DNA of 49,275 bases, the filler included, from Catajapyx aquilonaris (lineage: Eukaryota), in NCBI GenBank assembly GCA_000934665.2. It is 3 parts of 3 records of this genome, joined end to end, with 100 filler letters (N's around TTAATTAATTAA, not from the genome) between each part and the next. Parts side by side here need not be neighbours in the genome. Positions count along the whole stretch, not along the records: positions 32,924 to 49,275 come from JYFJ02007224.1; 2 more parts are not named here. One strand, given 5' to 3'. A program made the translations under genes and the position numbers. This document shows, in pieces, positions 46,932-49,275 of the stretch. Under the pieces are notes generated by a model. The model saw only the letters and a list, made by a program, of their open reading frames with translations, had not been told where the DNA came from and did no database searches. Numbering within the stretch: position 1 is the first letter of the stretch; every line of letters starts with the position of its first letter.

Positions 46932-47802
46932 ATGCCTTGGATGCTGGGGGTGAAGCAGGAGATGGGTGGAGAGGAGGAGGAGGATGAAATTGTGAGTGCG
47001 GCAGATGCAACCAGGAATGAGCTGCAGGTGAAACAGGAAGAGCAGTCGTACTTGTTGGATTCGTCGGATGCTGCGAGGACACTCTGCCAAGTCAAGTTGG
47101 AGCCGCCTTCACCGGAAAAGGAGGAAGAGCTGGTCGCAATGGTAGTGGCAAAGGGTGCGGCGTCAGACGACGATGCAAACGACCCTTTGTCGGTGAATCT
47201 GGCTGGATACGCTAAGGTGATGAAAGACTTATCATTACCTTTCCTTTTATATGAATCATAGTGATGTATTTGTCTTGTTGTATTCAAGGAGAGTTGCGGT
47301 GTTCCCGATAATTGTTTTTATGTGTCCATGTATGTTTAAGTAGACTGCGCAATTATAATACCAACATGCTGCGTTACAGATGCCAACAGCTGATTGTCCT
47401 GATGTGAGCGGCGACGCTCGAGCGAGTATGAGGATACTGAAGGAGACGGGAAGAAACGTTGGCAGCAGGTCTCCCAACAACAAGTACTGCTGCGTACGGG
47501 GATGCAAGTCCAGACTGAACAAGCGCAGAAGGATATGGATCCATAAATTCCCTTCGGACAAGACGCTCAGGAGGAAATGGGAGGAAGTTTTGCGGTTGGG
47601 AAAGGCCTCGACAGCCACTACGTACTTGTGCAGCCTGCATTTCAATCCAGATTTGGACTATTACCTTCCAGGTTTGCGAGCACTTAATTTTAATTGGTCT
47701 TGCACCTAAAGTAACATCTGAGTTTAAATATTTACAGGCTTTCCAACCAAGCAGCATCGCTTGAGACCTGGCACCATGCCGACAAGAAATCTGCCAAAAT
47801 AA
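46932..47802 (+). CDS. THAP-domain protein with the THAP at the C-terminus after an acidic psi-KxE/DPL exon
   Basis: Exons 46932-47216, 47380-47671 and 47738-47802. C2CH THAP signature CCVRGC...HKFP...RKWEEVL...LCSLHF and the closing LRPGTMPT (AVPT box). 5'-UTR intron at ~46820-46929. Confidence 0.9.
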
Positions 47803-48459
47803 CTATAGGAATAAGTCGGATGATCTTCAAGCAATGCGACACCGCAAGCTGACAAAGTGTGCTGCGGACAAAGATTTCCATTGTAAGCAAGCGACTCATA
47901 TTCATTAAGCTATTGAATATAATGTTCATTGATTTTTCCCATTACCAGGACACTGTAGAAGACTGAAAATAATGTTGTGATACTTTTTTGTGTGTACTGG
48001 TTGGCAAAGATTCTTATGCTTTATACAGTATGCATTATATGATGTATAACTTATATGCCACAGTATCATATTTTTATGTAACTAATATACTCTAATATTA
48101 GATCAAAAACTTTCCCTTCAGTAAAAGAAGAGAAGTAAGACCTCCGCGGCGGAATGAAAGTACTGAGGCGCACCAATTTACTGCTCATGAAATGTCCTTT
48201 CTGAAAACTTTCTGCATTTTAATGGCCAGTGTTAATTTCTCATGTTGTACTTTCCCAACATACTGTTTGTCACTTTGTTAAACTTGTGCTTGCAGTACTT
48301 TGCAGGATTGTAGTGCCTTATTTAATTGGCAATCACTGCCATACTGCGTGGTGTCTTATTCCACATGCTGAATGACCAGCGATAGTTTGTGCGGTGATGA
48401 TTGAAAATGATTAATATGCGGCCAGTTCCCTTTCATTTATTCATTCATTTATTTCACAG

Positions 48460-48830
48460 CCCCTAGCTAGGGCAATGCTCTTTTTGGGGGACGCAAGACT
48501 CCAGTTTGTACATGAACGATCAAGTGCGAGCTTCATCAGAGCAAATGAGTTAATGATGACGCAGATCAAAATGGATCGTAACATGTCTGGCGTGAAAGGG
48601 AATTTTTTAACTGATGGCGGATGTGACGCTTGTGATGTTTGAGGGAAAAGATTTGCCAGCAGAGATAATGTCAGACAGCATCTCCAGGTACACAGTAGGG
48701 GCGGGCCACTCAAATCCAGCAAATGAGAAAAGTTGTATCACGTTGGGATCAAACAGTCACTTTTGTCTGACCAAAGACCACTTCATTTGCAGCCATTCAA
48801 GAAAATGTTATTGAAACATTTGAGATAAGA
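48460..48830 (+). pseudogene. Decayed C2H2 zinc-finger exon
   Basis: Acceptor TTTCACAG| at 48459. The phase-0 frame is open to CDV*GKRFASRDNVRQHLQVHSRGGPLKSSK*EK, with TGA at 48640 and 48724 in Cys positions. Confidence 0.65.
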
Positions 48831-49275
48831 CAACTTCTATTATCTGAAATGTTGTCCCTTTTTTAAAGTCTCTTTTACAGCATTAATGTCAGTATAGATA
48901 ATGTACTGCGATTTAATTTTATAACTTACTATAATATGATATAATGTTGTAATTAATGTACTATACAACATTGTAAAAATGTGGCTGCTAAATAAAATCT
49001 GGGGCGGAATAATTGTGGTTTTATCAATTTCCACACAACATATGCAATCGCCAATGGAAAGCTGTTAGGAAAATATAATATATTCATAATTATCACAAAA
49101 ACTAATTCCCTACGGAATTGTAAAATAAAGGAAAGTAAGATCCAAGTAACGGATAGAAATGACTGAGACGGATAGAATGACGATAGTCCCTATAAGTAAG
49201 ATCCTCGTGCAAAAACAACAATGAAAATTTTCCTTGTTGGGAGGACGTTTTTCTGTCAAGCATATCTCAAAACCC

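Noticed and set aside
48640..48726. Selenocysteine zinc finger (TGA at two Cys positions)
   Set aside because: Neighbouring finger residues are also decayed and no SECIS was recognised. TGY->TGA nonsense change in a dead exon is simpler.

Overview
Eukaryotic animal DNA, very likely arthropod (inferred from intronless divergent ionotropic receptors, short GT-AG introns and insect-type SINE/mariner/Helitron repeats). The window is not contiguous. Two identical 100-nt spacers (44 N + TTAATTAATTAA + 44 N) join three pieces of 16,366, 16,357 and 16,352 nt, which look like unplaced contigs concatenated in descending size order. Contig 1 (1-16366) carries a minus-strand multi-exon FANCA homolog whose introns are packed with tRNA-SINEs, mariner/Tc1, Sola-like, Harbinger and Helitron elements, several of them long palindromes. 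Contig 2 (16467-32823) carries a C-type lectin, two GTSF1/Asterix-like (CHHC zinc finger, piRNA cofactor) paralogs flanking a tandem pair of intronless ionotropic receptors, a damaged C2H2 gene and a 30-bp minisatellite. Contig 3 (32924-49275) begins with two tandem histone-mRNA stem-loops. It then has WDR5 pseudogene pieces, a divergent ERH, two C2H2 zinc-finger genes, PPP1R36 and a THAP gene. The THAP gene shares the zinc-finger genes' N-terminal (psi-K-x-E)n...DPL module and promoter motifs and is followed by a decayed zinc-finger exon, suggesting a DNA-binding-domain swap. Gene identities come from by-eye comparison with remembered family sequences; no searches were run.
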